Position numbers and translations under genes: made by a program
NCBI GenBank assembly: GCA_025603075.1
Contig: MU626340.1
Span: 1-64,000 of the forward strand
Length of the DNA: 64,000 nt
DNA from: Neoconidiobolus thromboides FSU 785
Lineage: Eukaryota; Fungi; Entomophthoromycota
Direction of reading: 5' to 3'
Notes under the pieces: generated by a model
Told to the model about the DNA's origin: nothing
The model's input: only the letters and a program-made list of their open reading frames with translations
The model's database searches: none
Shown here: piece after piece, positions 13,407-27,494 of the stretch
Numbering within the stretch: position 1 is the stretch's first letter
Layout of the letters: each line of letters starts with the position of its first letter

Positions 13407-14577
13407 ATGAGTAATAACACCGATAGTTTACGTGCCGTTAAAGACTGTACTGCTGGTTCTGTTGGTGGTATATTTCAAGTATTAGCTGGTCAAGTAAGTT
13501 TCGATTTATATTTCATTTTATTGAATTAATAATATTAAATATTACTTTTTATTTATTATTTTTTATTATTATAATAGCCTTTTGATACTATAAAAGTAGT
13601 AAGTTTTATTTGATTTAATAATAAAATTACTTTTCAATTAACAAAAAAAATTAATTCAGAGATTACAAACTCAACCCACCGTAAAGCCTGGTGAATTACC
13701 CAAATATAATGGAGCTTTAGATGCAGTCATTAAAACCTTTAAGCAAGAAGGACCATCTGCATTTTATAAAGGAACTAGTACTCCCTTAGTCGGTATTGGG
13801 TTATGTGTATCCATTCAATTTTTTAGTTTAGAAGCTTTTAAAAGATATTTTATGCAAAAAAATCAAACTGATAAATTATCTTTAAATCAATTGTTTTTAG
13901 CAGGAGCTGGTTCAGGATTAGCTAACTCTATTGTTTCTGGTATGTTCTAGATTCTTTTTTTAGTGTTTAATGAATATTAAACAATTTAATTTTTATCATT
14001 ATTAGGTCCAGTAGAACATATCCGTACTCGTTTACAAGTCCAAAGTAGTGGACAAAAAGAATATAATGGACCTATTGATGCAATCAAAAAAATATATAAT
14101 AAAGAAGGTATTCGAGGAATTTATAAAGGTCAAGTAGCCACAATTTATCGAGAATTTATTGGTTATGGGGCTTATTTTGCTGCTTATGAATATTTAGTAC
14201 AAAAAGAAATTGAAAAAACAGGCTTAAAAAGAGATCAATTATCCAGTTTAACTGTATGTAAATTTGGTGCATTAGCTGGGTATTCAATGTGGTTATTAGC
14301 TTATCCAATTGATTGTGTGAAATCCAAAATTCAAACAGATGGGTTTACAAAAGCAGATAGGAAATATAGTTCAATTATGAATTGTATTAAAATCACTTAT
14401 AAACAACAAGGTATTAAAGGTTTCTTTAATGGCTTTTTACCTTGTATTTTAAGAGCTGCTCCAGCTAATGCTGCTACTTTCTTAGGGTAAATTTATAGAT
14501 TATTATTCTTTATATAACTATTTATTTACTATTTATTTTAAATTAGGTTTGAAATGGCCATGAGAGTATTAAATTAA
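13407..14577 (+). CDS. YMC1: Mitochondrial carrier (SLC25), YMC1/YMC2 / carnitine-ornithine carrier group; multi-exon
   Basis: Three carrier repeats PFDTIKVRLQ, PVEHIRTRLQ and PIDCVKSKIQ; segments PLVGIGLCVSIQF and RAAPANAATF. Confidence 0.85.
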
Positions 14578-14664
14578 AGTCTGATTTTTTAAATAAAAAA
14601 GAAACTAGTTTTATTATAATAATGATAATAATAACTTATAATAAACTATTTTTATTTTTTATTT

Positions 14665-15863
14665 TCAATCTTCTTGTTCTCTTAATAAATTTAGCACTGA
14701 ACTATCATTTTCTTCATTACTATCTTCTTCTCTTTGATTTAAGTTTAATCTTTCAAATAACGTAGTATCTACATCTTGATCTCCATCTTCCAAATATTGC
14801 ATATCTGATTGAGCTAATCTGGAGTCTCCTTCAAACAATTGACGACCTAATAAAAATAAAATTATAAAATATCAATGTTTATGTTTATGTTTATGTTAAT
14901 ATTAATATTATCAATTATTAATTATTATTATTATTATTATTACCAGTTAATTTTTTTTTATCATTATTTCTTTTAAAGTCTGCTTTAGATGGATTTTCCA
15001 ATGCTTCTTTTTCCAAATCAAATTTTAACTTCCATTCTAAAAATAATTCAGGTGTCACTTTAGTGCCAATAAATTTAGATTCTTCAGCCTAAAGAGAAAT
15101 AATTTATAAACAACTTCTTCAAATACTAATATTAAATAATCAATACTTTTAATGAAGCCATTAATCTTTCTTCGGCTTCCTTTTCTCTTAAATTGGCTTT
15201 ATTTTTAATTAAATCTAAAATATTTTCTTTTAATTGAGAAGCTAAGGTAAATATCATGCCCATTCCTAAATTATCTTGTGCCTAAAATGAAAAATGATTA
15301 TAACATATAAATATGAATTCTTAACAGACAAATCATTAATAAATTAATTACCAATTCATTTAACTCTTCTAGTAATTGCTGAACATCTTCTTCCTCTAAA
15401 CCACAAGCAGTAGAGGGTTTAATGGCTAAACTAGGTATTGTATCCGGATAAGTTTCTGTTAACTCTACTTCCAATATGACAGAAGGAACAACTGATAATT
15501 ATATGATTATTTAATTTATTATCAGTTTTTTTATATCAAAAAATAGTTCTACCTTCTTCTTCATCATCTGAATCTAAATCATTATTTTTTGGTAAATCAT
15601 CTAATAATTGATACAAATCAAAGCTTATTGGAATTTCTTCACTGTGTACTATTAAAAATTAAAATAAACAAATGTTTATTAATTAATTAAAGCTTACTAG
15701 TTAACTCTTCGGGATAAATGGATTTTAAGACTTCCAATTCATCTTGTTGTTCAGCTAAATAATCTATAATTTTCGTCAACATTGTTTATTTGTTTAATGT
15801 ATTCTGCTTTCTCTTAGTTTCTTTTATTTACTTCAATAAAGAGTAACTGAATTTACCTGTCAT
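14665..15863 (-). CDS. GIR2: RWD-domain protein Gir2/RWDD1 (DFRP2); multi-exon; missed by the ORF track
   Basis: Spliced start MTDYLAEQQDELEVLKSIYPEE; YPDTIP (YPxxxP), LGMGMIFTLASQ, GTKVTPELF and LTGRQLFEGD. Confidence 0.9.
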
Positions 15864-17080
15864 TTTTTATATTTTTATATTTTTATATTTTATACTAAAA
15901 TTATTGAAAAAGAATTTAATTTTTGAACTACGAAAGTAGACTTTGCATTTGATCATTTTAAAGATTCTTAAATTCCTAAATTGGAAAATAGAATTCAAAT
16001 TTTTAAAATTAACTTATTTGTTTAATGTAAATTACAAAAGTAACTAAAGTAAAACAGGGTATTAATTAATAGAAAAAAAAGATTTGGTATGTATGTTTCT
16101 ATACTATTAAGTAATAGTACTTAGTTTAGTGCTTTATTAAGTTATTATATCAATCATTCGAAATTTATTAAAACAATAGCTGCGTAACTTTTTAAGAATT
16201 ATTTGTTCAATTAAATTAATCTGAAATTTCAAAGTCCAAAGAAATTGAAGTATGATTAGTTTAAAACAATAGCTTTTAAGCCTTTTTTGACTCACACTTT
16301 ACCTTGATAATAGTCTATACTTATATCAACATTCAAAGTCTGATAAATCTTTAAATGATTTGAAATGTAATTAAGTATTATTATATTTTCAAATAAAAAA
16401 TGGCTCAGCCAAAAAATCTCAAATTAAGTAATGAAATTATATTAAATCACCCTAACTTTAACTTTAATCAATATATTCAAATAAATTTTAATTTTGTTAA
16501 TATTAAAGTTTTTATTAAAATATATAATAAAATAACTACTAATATTGTTAATTATATAAATTTATACATTTTGAAAACTAAATTTAAAATGCTAATACAT
16601 GTTCTTTGAATTATTTTTAATTTAAAAGGCTTTTATAAAAACTATAAATTAAATACAATTGTTATTATTTAATATTCAATTAAATAATAATAAATCAATA
16701 TTTTTTAATATCTAATATATTTATTAGCTTGTTGAATATTTATCAGCTAGCTGATTAAGAATACTTGATAAAATTACTATATTGATACATTTTTATGTTA
16801 ATATTAGTTTGAACTTTAATATTAAGTCCAAAAAAGTTATGTTTTTCAATAAACCTTTATATTAATTACTTTTATAAATAAATATTGTCAATTATATATA
16901 TTTGTCTAAATATCACAACATTCTTAATGATCTTTTTATATCTTCATTTAATTAATAAGTATTGTCAGCTTTTTGATAATAAATTATTAACATTTAATAA
17001 GATTTATATAACTCATTAATTTCAATTTTAAAGTATTCCTAAAACAACTTAATAAAAAAAATTTATTATAGTAGTTTTGG

Positions 17081-18998
17081 TCACTCATTTTTAAAAGCAT
17101 AGATAGCAATTGGTTTTTCTGGAGCATTGACAATAAATGATTTAGATTTTACATCTTCTTCATCTTTTAATTTGAAATTAAAGTTATATACTAGTGATGC
17201 AGTAGCTAAATAAAGTTCCATCCAAGCCAAACTAGAATATAAAATTATAGTGATTAATTTATATAATAGAATAATATGTTACCTTCTGCCTAAACATGCT
17301 CTTGGGCCAATTAAAAAGGGCATAAAGTTTTTATGACTTTGAAACTTGCCATTTTGATCAATCCATCGCTCTGGCTTAAATACATTAGGTTCTTCCCAAT
17401 ACGTAGAGTTATTTTGAATATAATTTATATCTACTACAGTACCTGTCTACGTCAAAAAGGTTATCATCTTTATAATTAATATCATTATAAAAGTTACTTT
17501 TTCAGGAATAAAGTAGCCTTCAATCACTTTACCACCTCTTGGAACAATTCGTGGTACACCACCAGGTACAACAGGTGAAATTCTTAAACCTTCATAAATT
17601 ACAGCACGAAGATAATCACATTCTTCTTTACATTTAACAAAATTAATTTGACTTTGATCCTCAAATTCATCTTTTAAGTGATTTTTTAACTTCATACAAA
17701 CTTTTGGATGTTTTGATAAAAGATAAAATACCCTGTTGAAAAATTAATATTAATACAAATTTTATACTATAGATAGTACCAATTCAAAGAGTTTGATGTT
17801 GTATCAGAACCTGCAACTCTATTTGAGTTAGTCAATATTCTTGATAATTTATAATAATTATACTTACAATTGAAGAATTGATTCTTCTACTATTTCTTTT
17901 TCACTAAGTTTTTTTCCTGTGTCTGGATCAGATGCATTGATTAAAGTGCTCATAATAGTAGTTCTATCCGAATTTCTTTTCGAGTTTTCGATAGCTTCAT
18001 ATGAAAACTAACAAAAAGTGGCTATTAATACAGCTATTAGTTAACAACAATAATTACTTTATAAAGCTGGGTTATACTATCAAATTTATAATGTTTTAAA
18101 AATGGAAATATTCCAACCTTTGAAAACTAGTTAATACTGTTAAGGCTGATGCTATTAAATAATGTTACCATAAGTGATATAAAGAAAAAATTCTTAATCC
18201 AATCAATAACGGGATGGTGTCCATTTTTTAATGTATCAAATGATTTTCCAAATGCTAAGTCTCCAATAACATCCTAATAGACATATTAATAACACAAAAC
18301 ATATAGATAATGGTAATATTACAAATGAAAAATAATGAAAATAAAGCCCTAAGTTAAAACATTCCTTGTTTGAACTCATCTCTCCAACTTTTTTAACTAA
18401 GTTGTGGACATTTTCTTTGACTAAATATTCCACTTGTAATATCGATTTGTCTGAAAAACTTGATGCAAGTATCTTTTTCTAATTTGGGTTAAAAAACTAA
18501 TTGACATTCAAATAAAAATAGTTACTCTTTCACGATGAAATTCCTTCTTTCTATAGAATTTTAGTTTAGTAATTAAGACTCTTATCGTAAGTTAGATTTA
18601 CCTAGTGCTAAATACCGTTTCCCCAGCAATTTGAAATCCATTATAAAAACTAGCCTTTGCAAAAGAATAAGTCGAATAAACTTCCTTTGCTGATTCATCC
18701 GATGAGATTGATACAGCATTCCAACCTAAATAACTATATTAGTTTCAATTGCTATCATTTTAATACTGCTATTACTTGTTCGAACGATATTTCCATATTT
18801 TTTATGCAAGTTTGCTGAATAGGAGGGATAAGTTCCATTGATAGTATAAAATCTACTAGTCATTGGGAAAATTAGATTGATCAATGGGCCTGGTACTTTC
18901 CTTAGTGGACTAAAAAATATATTGTATATCACACTATAGCCCCAATAAGATATTAAAGTGGCTACAACATAGAACGATATTAGTGTAAATGTAATCAT
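17081..18998 (-). CDS. Cytochrome P450, full-length multi-exon paralog of the gene at 1-826
   Basis: N-terminal membrane anchor and [22 protein letters not shown] and [10 protein letters not shown]. Same intron positions as copy 1; stop TGA at 17081-17083. Confidence 0.93.
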
Positions 18999-20334
18999 TT
19001 GTTTTATTTTTTAATTTTTTAAATCAGCTTCAATTTATACTTATTAATTTTCGGGAATGGATTAAAAATCTCCATAATCGTTTTTTATCAATCACTGTCA
19101 CTTTTTAAGAAACATCCGCTTTCAAATTTACAAATTTCACATTTCTTAAATTGCCTCTAATAGAGACAAAATAGACTAGACATAATATTTAATTATAGTT
19201 GTAGCTTTTACAACTTTTTCAACTTTTTTAGCGATAATTTTTATAATTGATTTGTTTATAGAATCAATTTTTATAAAGACTATTCTTTTACTTTGGCCGA
19301 ATTTTTTGTAGTTTTTTTCTTAAATAAGCACTTAGTTAGATCGTAAAAGAGTTACAACAGTGGTATATAGTCATAGTTAACCCGTTTATGCATAATAATA
19401 GGAAGTAGGCTTGAAACCAAAATTAAGTAACGAATAGAGATTTATTATATTCAAGTCAAAAATAAGTAAATTAAGCCATAAAATTTGAAAATTGGGGGAG
19501 ATTGTAGTTTATCTAATTTTGATCAAAAATTTTGAAGGCGGGGATTGTTATTTAAAGATATTTTAATGATATAATAATAGTATTGAAAGATCTTAACTAA
19601 ATATTTCATGCTTATATTATTATAATCCTCTCGGGTTTTATTATGAATGTTTTGGATCAGAATGTTTACTTTCAAAGATGATAGCACATGTTTCCCCTTT
19701 TTAAACAATTACATTAACTGTCTTTATCCCTTGACTGATCTACACGATTAATATTGTATTATAAAAAACAAAGCTGGAATGTAAAATGAATATATGTTTT
19801 ATTTGATTTTTTAATTTTAAACAATTTTTATAATATCGGTTTTTGTTAAAAACATCAAGGCTTTTAATAACGAAAATAAGCAAACATTGCAATGCTATCA
19901 GAATACATAATTTGCCACTCTTATTATAAGCGATATTGAAGCATTTATTAGAAAAATTAAAAGTTACTTTAAGTTATTAGTCGGACTGTGAAGCCGAGAC
20001 TATAGAATACAAAATAGTTAAACTATCCTCTATCAGAAAGATAAAAATATATCTACTCTAATGCTAACATTCAATTTTCCCAAAAAACCATTTCTAAATG
20101 TTTTTTCAATTTCAGGTTGGTATATGAGATAACACACTTATAGTTGTTTGATAATTTAAAAACTAACTTTATTTATGTTACTGCTTTTGACTTTTCTATT
20201 GAAATAATAGAATTAATACAAAATTTGACTTATTTTGATTTATTAACAGGTGCTAATCTAAGTCAGCCCAACCGGTTTGATTTGTCCGAAAGAGCTGATA
20301 TGGAAATTTTTTGCATTATCAAAGACAATTTAAT

Positions 20335-20440
20335 ATATGGGGATGTTTTTTTTGATTTCATTATTTTTACATCTTTTAAGCGTTATTTAAGTGGAAAAAT
20401 TGCTAGTAAAATTCTTAAATACAAAAATACATCCCCATAT
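20335..20440 (+). mobile_element. MITE-like element copy
   Basis: GGGGATGT…ACATCCCC termini; ATAT/ATAT flanks. Confidence 0.9.
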
Positions 20441-20690
20441 GTTATTCTGACAATAAATATATCCTTTAGTGTATGATTTTGTATTTTTTTACCTAGTAAG
20501 CCTTACACCGTACTTATAAACAAATCGCTCCTTTCAGCCAAAAATATTTGATTAGTACTTGTTAATAAAGAACTCTAAAAAAAATGAAATAAATTAATTA
20601 TATCTTTAGAAAACTAAATGTTTAGGATAGTTGTATGTATAATAAGATAGATTTTATATGATTTTTTTTAACTGATAGTATTAAAAGTAA

Positions 20691-21492
20691 TCAAGAATAC
20701 TGTGGTGGAATTTCAATAGTAGAAAAAGGAGACACTAAGTTGAATTGATGCTGATTTGCAATCAAATACTTGAATGACATTTTACCAAAATTGAATTGGA
20801 TAAATGTCCCTTTAGTCGCTTTAATAGTAGGATAACCACGATTCAATCCAATACTATAATTCAATATTCCTATTTCATGTCCATTTTTAGTAAATAAGAC
20901 CTGCTTTTGAGTTGGAAGATAAAGACAACCTATCGTATCCCCTATTTCTAATGAAATATCTATCCATTCGACCTCCTTTCCATATAAGTGGAGTTTTCCT
21001 TTATTACAATTCAAATATACACTTGAATCTTTTATGACAACATTAAATTTTCTAAAAATAAATACTAAATTTAATCTTACCTTCCATTAAATCTAAATCC
21101 ATAGTCAATAAACTAAGACCAATATTTAAATTATACTTTGGCTCTAAACTCAGTAGCTCAACTTCAAAATAACCAGAAATTGAATTATTAGTGAAATAAT
21201 TGTTAGCTTGAATAATGGATGTATTAACAAAATATAATTTATCTTGTTCTGAAGCTAGTACTTTTTCATTAAGATTTACAGTTATATAAAAAGCCCATTC
21301 TTCATTTTCAAATTCTCGATTTTGTTCATAAATAGGAATTTCAGTATTACATAACACAATTGTATTATTTAACGTAGCTGGGTTTTCTTTTATTTTCTTG
21401 TTCTTTCTATATATATGATATTCATAACATCCATAAATTATGACTACAAAAACAGCTGCAAGAGCGATATAAAAATAGAAATCAAAACCCAT
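20691..21492 (-). CDS. Single-pass membrane SPRY-domain protein, Ssh4/Ear1-like; paralog of 2404-3234; one intron
   Basis: Start MGFDFYFYIALAAVFVVIIYG (TM); GYFEVELL, GDTIGCLY, FTKNGHEIG, YPTI and FNFGKMSFKY; terminal PPQY. Intron at the same position as in the paralog. Confidence 0.8.
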
Positions 21493-22129
21493 TCTAATCC
21501 TTATTGAGTTAGAAAGAGATGAAGAATGAAAGAGAAAAGTAATTATAAATGACTCGCTTAAATAGTGTTTCATTTTTAGTATGTTATTGAGCTTCATCTT
21601 ATCTATTTTAGATCTATATCACTATATGACTAATTATTCCTAAATCTAATGATTATCTACAATAAAACACTGTGCATTTTGGTATCAATTTACGCAGTTA
21701 TGATTTATTAAGACATGTATTATACTCTTGTTCTAACCTGTATCCTTTTAATATCAAAATGATTATTGTTATATTTTGGTATTTAATATAACATATCTTT
21801 AAGGCTAAACATAGTCATTTCATATGGATTCTGTTTTCTTAAAAATCATATGCATGTTCAGCCGTTATTATATTGGACAATAAACTAGATTTAAAATTGG
21901 TTTTAATTTGATTTTGTATATTGTATTTATTATTTATGTTTATGTAATAAATCTCAATCATTACAAGTTTTCTTTTAAGGATAATGTTAGGAACATATAC
22001 AAGGCAAAAACTCTATTAACACAAAACCTCAATCTGAAGCTATAAGATTTTAAAATAAACTGGAAGATAGAAAGAAAATTCTCAAAAGCTCCAGTTTAAT
22101 ACTAAACTATATTAAAGTATACCGCTTAT

Positions 22130-22236
22130 GTATGGTGATGTTTTTTTTGTGCTTAAGGATTTTACTAATACTTTTTCTGCTCAAATAGTGCTTAAAAGAT
22201 GAAAAAAGTAGTGAAGCCAAAAAAACATTCCCATAT
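22130..22236 (-). mobile_element. MITE-like element copy
   Basis: Family sequence in reverse orientation; GTAT/ATAT flanks. Confidence 0.85.
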
Positions 22237-22346
22237 CGATCACTTTTTTAGAATAGTGTTATTTTTATTTACATAACTGTTATAATCCTAAGCTGAGAAT
22301 AAAAATAGTATCAGTTTCGTAATATGCATTTTAATATAACCATTTA

Positions 22347-23102
22347 CTATGGAAAACATTGTACTTTCTTAAATTGAAAATGGGTATCAGTAGGGACTTC
22401 ATTAGCAACTGGCATCACATTCTTAACGATGTGAGTTTCGCCTGAAGAGGCCTCAATTTTAAGATCATAAGGTCCAGCAATCTGTTGTACTACCCAAAGA
22501 TTATTGGGGTTTCTATAGAGGTCATTCCAGTCACCACCATTTTTAGATAATTGAACATTATCAATGCCATAGATCGAATTTTGAACTCTATATTTAATAG
22601 AAATTAGAAACGAAATATTATATCTAATAAAAACAATTACGAAAAGCGAGCAAAAAACTCATTAGACTGAGATTCCCAGTCAAATCGAACATTGCCTCTA
22701 ATATCTGGACAAGTAACAAAGTCATAGCTTACTGGGACAGGCTCGTTTTGATATTCTAATTCTTTTAAAGAGCTTTCGCTCAACTGGATATCAAACTCCT
22801 TATTAATTCGATATTCGGCAATCACATGGGCAATGGTACTATGGCCTTTGGAGCTCACTTTAATGCAAGTGTTACACTTACGTGTAGATTGAAACACTGC
22901 AGATCCTACGTAAGCATAATTCTTGTAAGTATCTATTTCGCTACCACATCTCAATATAGCTAATTAATAATTAGTTCTTATCTATCATTTAATCATGTTT
23001 ATTACGCTCAAATGTAGCATTATTAAAAAGACGGCCATGGAAAGCAGCATTCAAAAGTAAGCTAAGTGAAGCTAGGCAGAGTAAAGAAGAATTGAAATAC
23101 AT
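22347..23102 (-). CDS. Secreted expansin-like protein (DPBB domain plus CBM63-like domain); two introns
   Basis: Signal peptide MYFNSSLLCLASLSLLL; LRCG…KCNTCIKV…FDIQLS…VSYDFVTC (DPBB-like), then QVQNSIYGIDNVQL…GPYDLKIEASSGETHIV (expansin domain 2-like). Confidence 0.75.
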
Positions 23103-23685
23103 AATCAATTGTTTAATTATTTTAGAACAAGCTTCAAGGTATTTATATTGCTTCTTAATAGGCAAATGTAACACTATTCATATTGCCTTACAATAAAATG
23201 ATAATAATAACTAAACTTGTATTCTAATTTTAACTTTAATTAAAGTATTTGGGTATTAAACATTTATAAATTTAGTGCAAGTTTTATGTTTATAACTTGG
23301 ATCATGATCAAAAAGATTATATAAACACTTTAAAATTACTATATTTATTGAGTTTGGCCGAGCCAATATATTTGATCGCAACTTTATTAAGCATATACCA
23401 AATTTAAATATTACAATTTTTATTTATATACATTTTATATTTATATTTATATACAAACAGACTATTTTTATCTTTTCGTATTGTCATGATTATTAAAAAA
23501 CTATTTTTAAATTTTACCTAGATTTATAAATGTGCCCATACCAATATCAATTAGCTTAAAATCTAATTTCAGCTTATAGTTTGTCAGATATAGTATAAAA
23601 AATATGAAATCATATTAATTTTATAAACCTACTGTAAGTACAGAATTCAATGCTATGGGGTTATAATAAAATTTATACAAAAGTA

Positions 23686-23757
23686 CTTCCTCACGGGGAA
23701 TCGAACCCCGGCCGTTCCGGTGAAAGCGGAAAATCCTAACCACTGGACCATGAAGAA
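23686..23757 (-). tRNA. tRNA-Glu (TTC)
   Basis: Reverse complement TTCTTCATGGTCCAGTGGTTAGGATTTTCCGCTTTCACCGGAACGGCCGGGGTTCGATTCCCCGTGAGGAAG folds as a cloverleaf; anticodon loop CT-TTC-AC; T-loop GTTCGATTC. Confidence 0.95.
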
Positions 23758-25340
23758 CTGTTATATATCCTGTTAGGGAATAATATTTATAGTAAAAACT
23801 TTTCTATATGTGATAATTTTTTGCAAAACACCATTAATTCTTTTTACTTCAAACTGTCTTTTATCTTTATAAGTTGGTTAATAAAATTATTATCTTGTTT
23901 TATTATTTCTATAAATTTTAATATTTGTTATTTAAGTAAAAATGACACGATCATTCCTATCCTCTTTTTTTTGACAACATTTGGTATTGTTTAGGCGCTC
24001 TCTAACTCCTCTGTTCGAAAATTTTTAATATATATTTCAACTTATTGTTTCTTAGGTTTGGTTTTAACACCATTCACCTTTCAATTAAAATATACAAAAT
24101 AATCTCACATCATATTTACATATTTTAATAATCTATAAAGATTATACAATCACCATTATTACGATTTAAAGAAAATAATTTTATTAATTTATGCCATTAA
24201 TTAGTATTAATTCATAGAGCACATTTTTATGAAATAAAATCCTATTGGTGAAATAATGAGAAAGTTCTTTTAAGTAAAGTTTAATAAACTTGCTTTAATA
24301 TCATATTAATAAGAATAAATACTATGGTTCATGAAGTATACTTCTAGTATAATTGCTACAGATTTCAATTTATAATGCCATTTTTCAGCTAATAAAGTAG
24401 TTGGAACTCAGTGAATGTTTTGGACTAAATAACATTTGAAAATTCTCCAAAAATTCTCCAGTAAATTTTAGAACCATATCAGGTTAGTTTCTAATACCTG
24501 ATAAACAAATTATAGACCCTCTTATTTAACATTTACGGATTTACTGTGTGGTAATAAATGGAGAAATAGACATTGATCCCAATATATTACTGCTTGATAT
24601 ATTTTTATGAAAGGGATCATTTATATTATAATTGACCGACCACTTACCATCTTCTCCATTTATATAGCCAAAAGTTCTTTTATATCACAATTTCTACTCA
24701 TAATCAGGCTAAACATAATAGTTTAAATCTAGTTTTATAATTGTCCGTCAATTTTTAACCTTTTGAACCAATTATTTTGAAGGTCCCCTCCTCACCTATG
24801 TATCGTATGATTAAAGTTACTACAATTATTATGGATAATTTTCTCACACACTTTATTTTTCAATTATAAAAATTATTTGAAATGTGGAATTATTTTACGG
24901 GCGAAAAGACAATAGCCAAAAGTATATTTCTTTATAATGAAATAACTTATGATTCTCCTCTTATTCTAAAAACAGGTTTAAAGGAAGTTTATATTTTTTA
25001 TTAGCTTTATTTAGAAATTATTTTTGCTGTACCTTAAATTTGATGAAGTTTCAAAACTCAAAGTACGGAAATGAGTCAAGTACCTGTATGAGAGAAGCCA
25101 ATCAAGTCAGCTTCATCTTTAATAAGTGACAATCAATGTTATATTCTAACAAAAAAAAGAATATAAATTAATTGATAAGCCATCTATAATTAATTTGGTA
25201 TCTTTATAAAATTTCAATAAATTTAAATTTGTAAATAGTGTACATACTTTGTAAATAACATCTCTCCAACCAATTGTTTAATATACTCCATTTCATTTTA
25301 CTAATTATCAATAATCTAATTTTAATTGTCAATCTCAATA

Positions 25341-26920
25341 ATGGATACAATAAAAGATAAAACTTTTCATCCTAATACTGAACTTATTCCCGTGACTAAG
25401 AGGGAGAAATATGGCTTCTATGTGTTTGGCTTTGCTGTAAGTTTATCTTTTTATTGTTCATGTAGTAAACTAAATATATTTAGACGGAAGTATTCTATTC
25501 TACTGCTATGGGTGTAGCAATCCCAATTATCCTTGAAACTTTAGCTGCAAACGCTGGTTTCGATAGTAAAGATCTTTCAAAACCATGTGATACAAGTAAG
25601 GAATATCTTTGCAAGGTTAATCTTGCAGGAACTTGGTACGATACCTCTGCATTTACTTTGTATACTACTGCCGTATCCGTTGCTTTTCAAGCTTTAGTTT
25701 TTGTAAGTTTGTCTTCTATTGCAGATTATGGGAACTTGAGAAAAACTATGCTTTTAACAACTTCAACAATATCTGCGATAGTTTTAATTTTATTTTTAAC
25801 AGTTGTTAAAAATGAGCACTTCTGGCTTGCTGCTATTTACACCATTATTGGTAATGTAGCTTTTGGTGCCAGTTATGTATTTTATTATGCTTACGTCCCT
25901 ACTTTAACTGCCTATAGTCCAGAAGTATTAGAAGTAGACCCTACTGACGAGAATAAATTTCGTGAAGTGCGTGAAGAGGTCGGTAATGAAATTTCCAGCA
26001 AAGGGTTTGGTGCCAGTTATTTAGCAGCTGTTATTCATTTAGCTATTTCCGCTGGTATTATGATTGCTATCAGTAAAGTAGGTCCTGTTGAAACGTATCC
26101 TCTACAGATTTTATGTGCATTCGCTGGAGTTTGGATGCTATTTTTCCTTTTATTTGCTGCAAAATGGCTAAAGAGCCGCCCGGGTGCTCCGCTCCCAGAA
26201 GGCGAAAACTATCTTATATACTCTTGGAAACAAACCTTCTTTACCTTTACTCACGTTTCAACCCTTACTGAAGCATTTTTGTTTTTGTTAGCATGGTTCA
26301 TTATGTCTGACGCTGTTTCAACCATCGTTGCAGTTGCTGTTATTTTTGCTAAAAAGGACCTACAATTTCAGCTATTTGAATTACTTATTGCTGCTATTAT
26401 TGTACCCATTGCTGCTGGAATCGGGTGTGTCTTTTGGAATTTCATTCGCTCCCGTTTTAAACTTACAACTAAGACTATGATTTTAATCCTCTCTTTATTA
26501 TATTGTTTATTACCACTTTATGGGTTAATTGGTTTAGCCCCATCTATTAGCTTTGGTCTTAAAACTAAAGTTGAAGTATACATTTTTTCTGCATACCATG
26601 GTTTCCTTTTAGGTGCAATTCAGTCTTTCTACCGTGTTCTATACTCAGAAATGTTACCAGCCGGTAAAGAAAATGAATTCTTTGGCCTTTATGAAATTAC
26701 TGATAAAGGTTCTTCCTGGATCGGTCCTTTAGTTGTTGGTGCTATTTCTGATGCAACTGGGAGCATCAAATATGGATTTTTCTTCCTTTTAGGCTCTATG
26801 CTTATCTCAATCTTTATAGTATGGTTTGTTAACCCAACCAGAGGCGTTTTACAGGCACGTAACTTTGAACAGAAAGAAAAGGAGTTACATTCTCAAATCA
26901 AATTAGATGACCTTCAGTAA
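25341..26920 (+). CDS. ATG22: Atg22-family vacuolar amino-acid efflux MFS transporter; intron 25437-25483
   Basis: Multi-TM; YGFYVFGFATE start motif, LSSIADYG, EEVGNEISSKG, FLLAWFIMSDA, FYRVLYSEMLPAGKENEFFGLYEITDKGSSWIGP. Confidence 0.92.
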
Positions 26921-27387
26921 ATTACATATCCATGTATTACTTGCTTACGAACAATTTGATCTTATTCCCAACTATGATTCATTATCTAACAATATATTAA
27001 ATGTGACACCTAAATATTTTTTTCAATTTTTAATTTTTATTATTGTTATAAAATCCCAAATAATTATTTTAAATAAAATATTGATAGAGGTTATTTTGAC
27101 ATCCATTTTATAGTCAATGTCAAATCTCATATTAAGCTGTTCCCAAAGAATGATTTCTTTTAGAAAGGTTACATTTAGTAGCTTATAAGAGAAAAATCTT
27201 CGATTTGGATAACAGCTTATGCTTAATAACGCACTACAATTCTACCAAATAGGTTTACATAGTCGAAATCATACACTAAGTTACTATAGCTTGTATAACT
27301 TTAAATTACTTGTGTTTATTTTATTATCCAAATATTGATTCCAGTTCTAAACCTACTTGAAAATTCGACTGTATTGGGCTTTCTTCC

Positions 27388-27494
27388 ATATGGGGATGAT
27401 TTTTTTGATTTCATTACTTTTTCCACCTTTTAAGCGCTATTTAAGCGGAAAATTTGTTAGTAAAATTCTTAACCACAAAAATACATCCCCATAT
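27388..27494 (+). mobile_element. MITE-like element copy
   Basis: Full termini; ATAT/ATAT flanks. Confidence 0.9.

Noticed and set aside
16400-16609. 69-aa ORF rich in N/I/F/K
   Set aside because: Extreme AT low-complexity DNA with no motif; likely chance.
1-19000. Possible secondary-metabolite cluster (two P450s, 2OG dioxygenase, RmlD-like reductase, carrier)
   Set aside because: No backbone enzyme (PKS, NRPS, terpene synthase) in the window, and the tailoring-type genes are interspersed with housekeeping genes (IWR1, GIR2, YMC1).
24240-24800. Protein-like fragments on the minus strand (FGYINGEDGKWSVNYN…)
   Set aside because: Many stops and no identifiable family; too weak to annotate.
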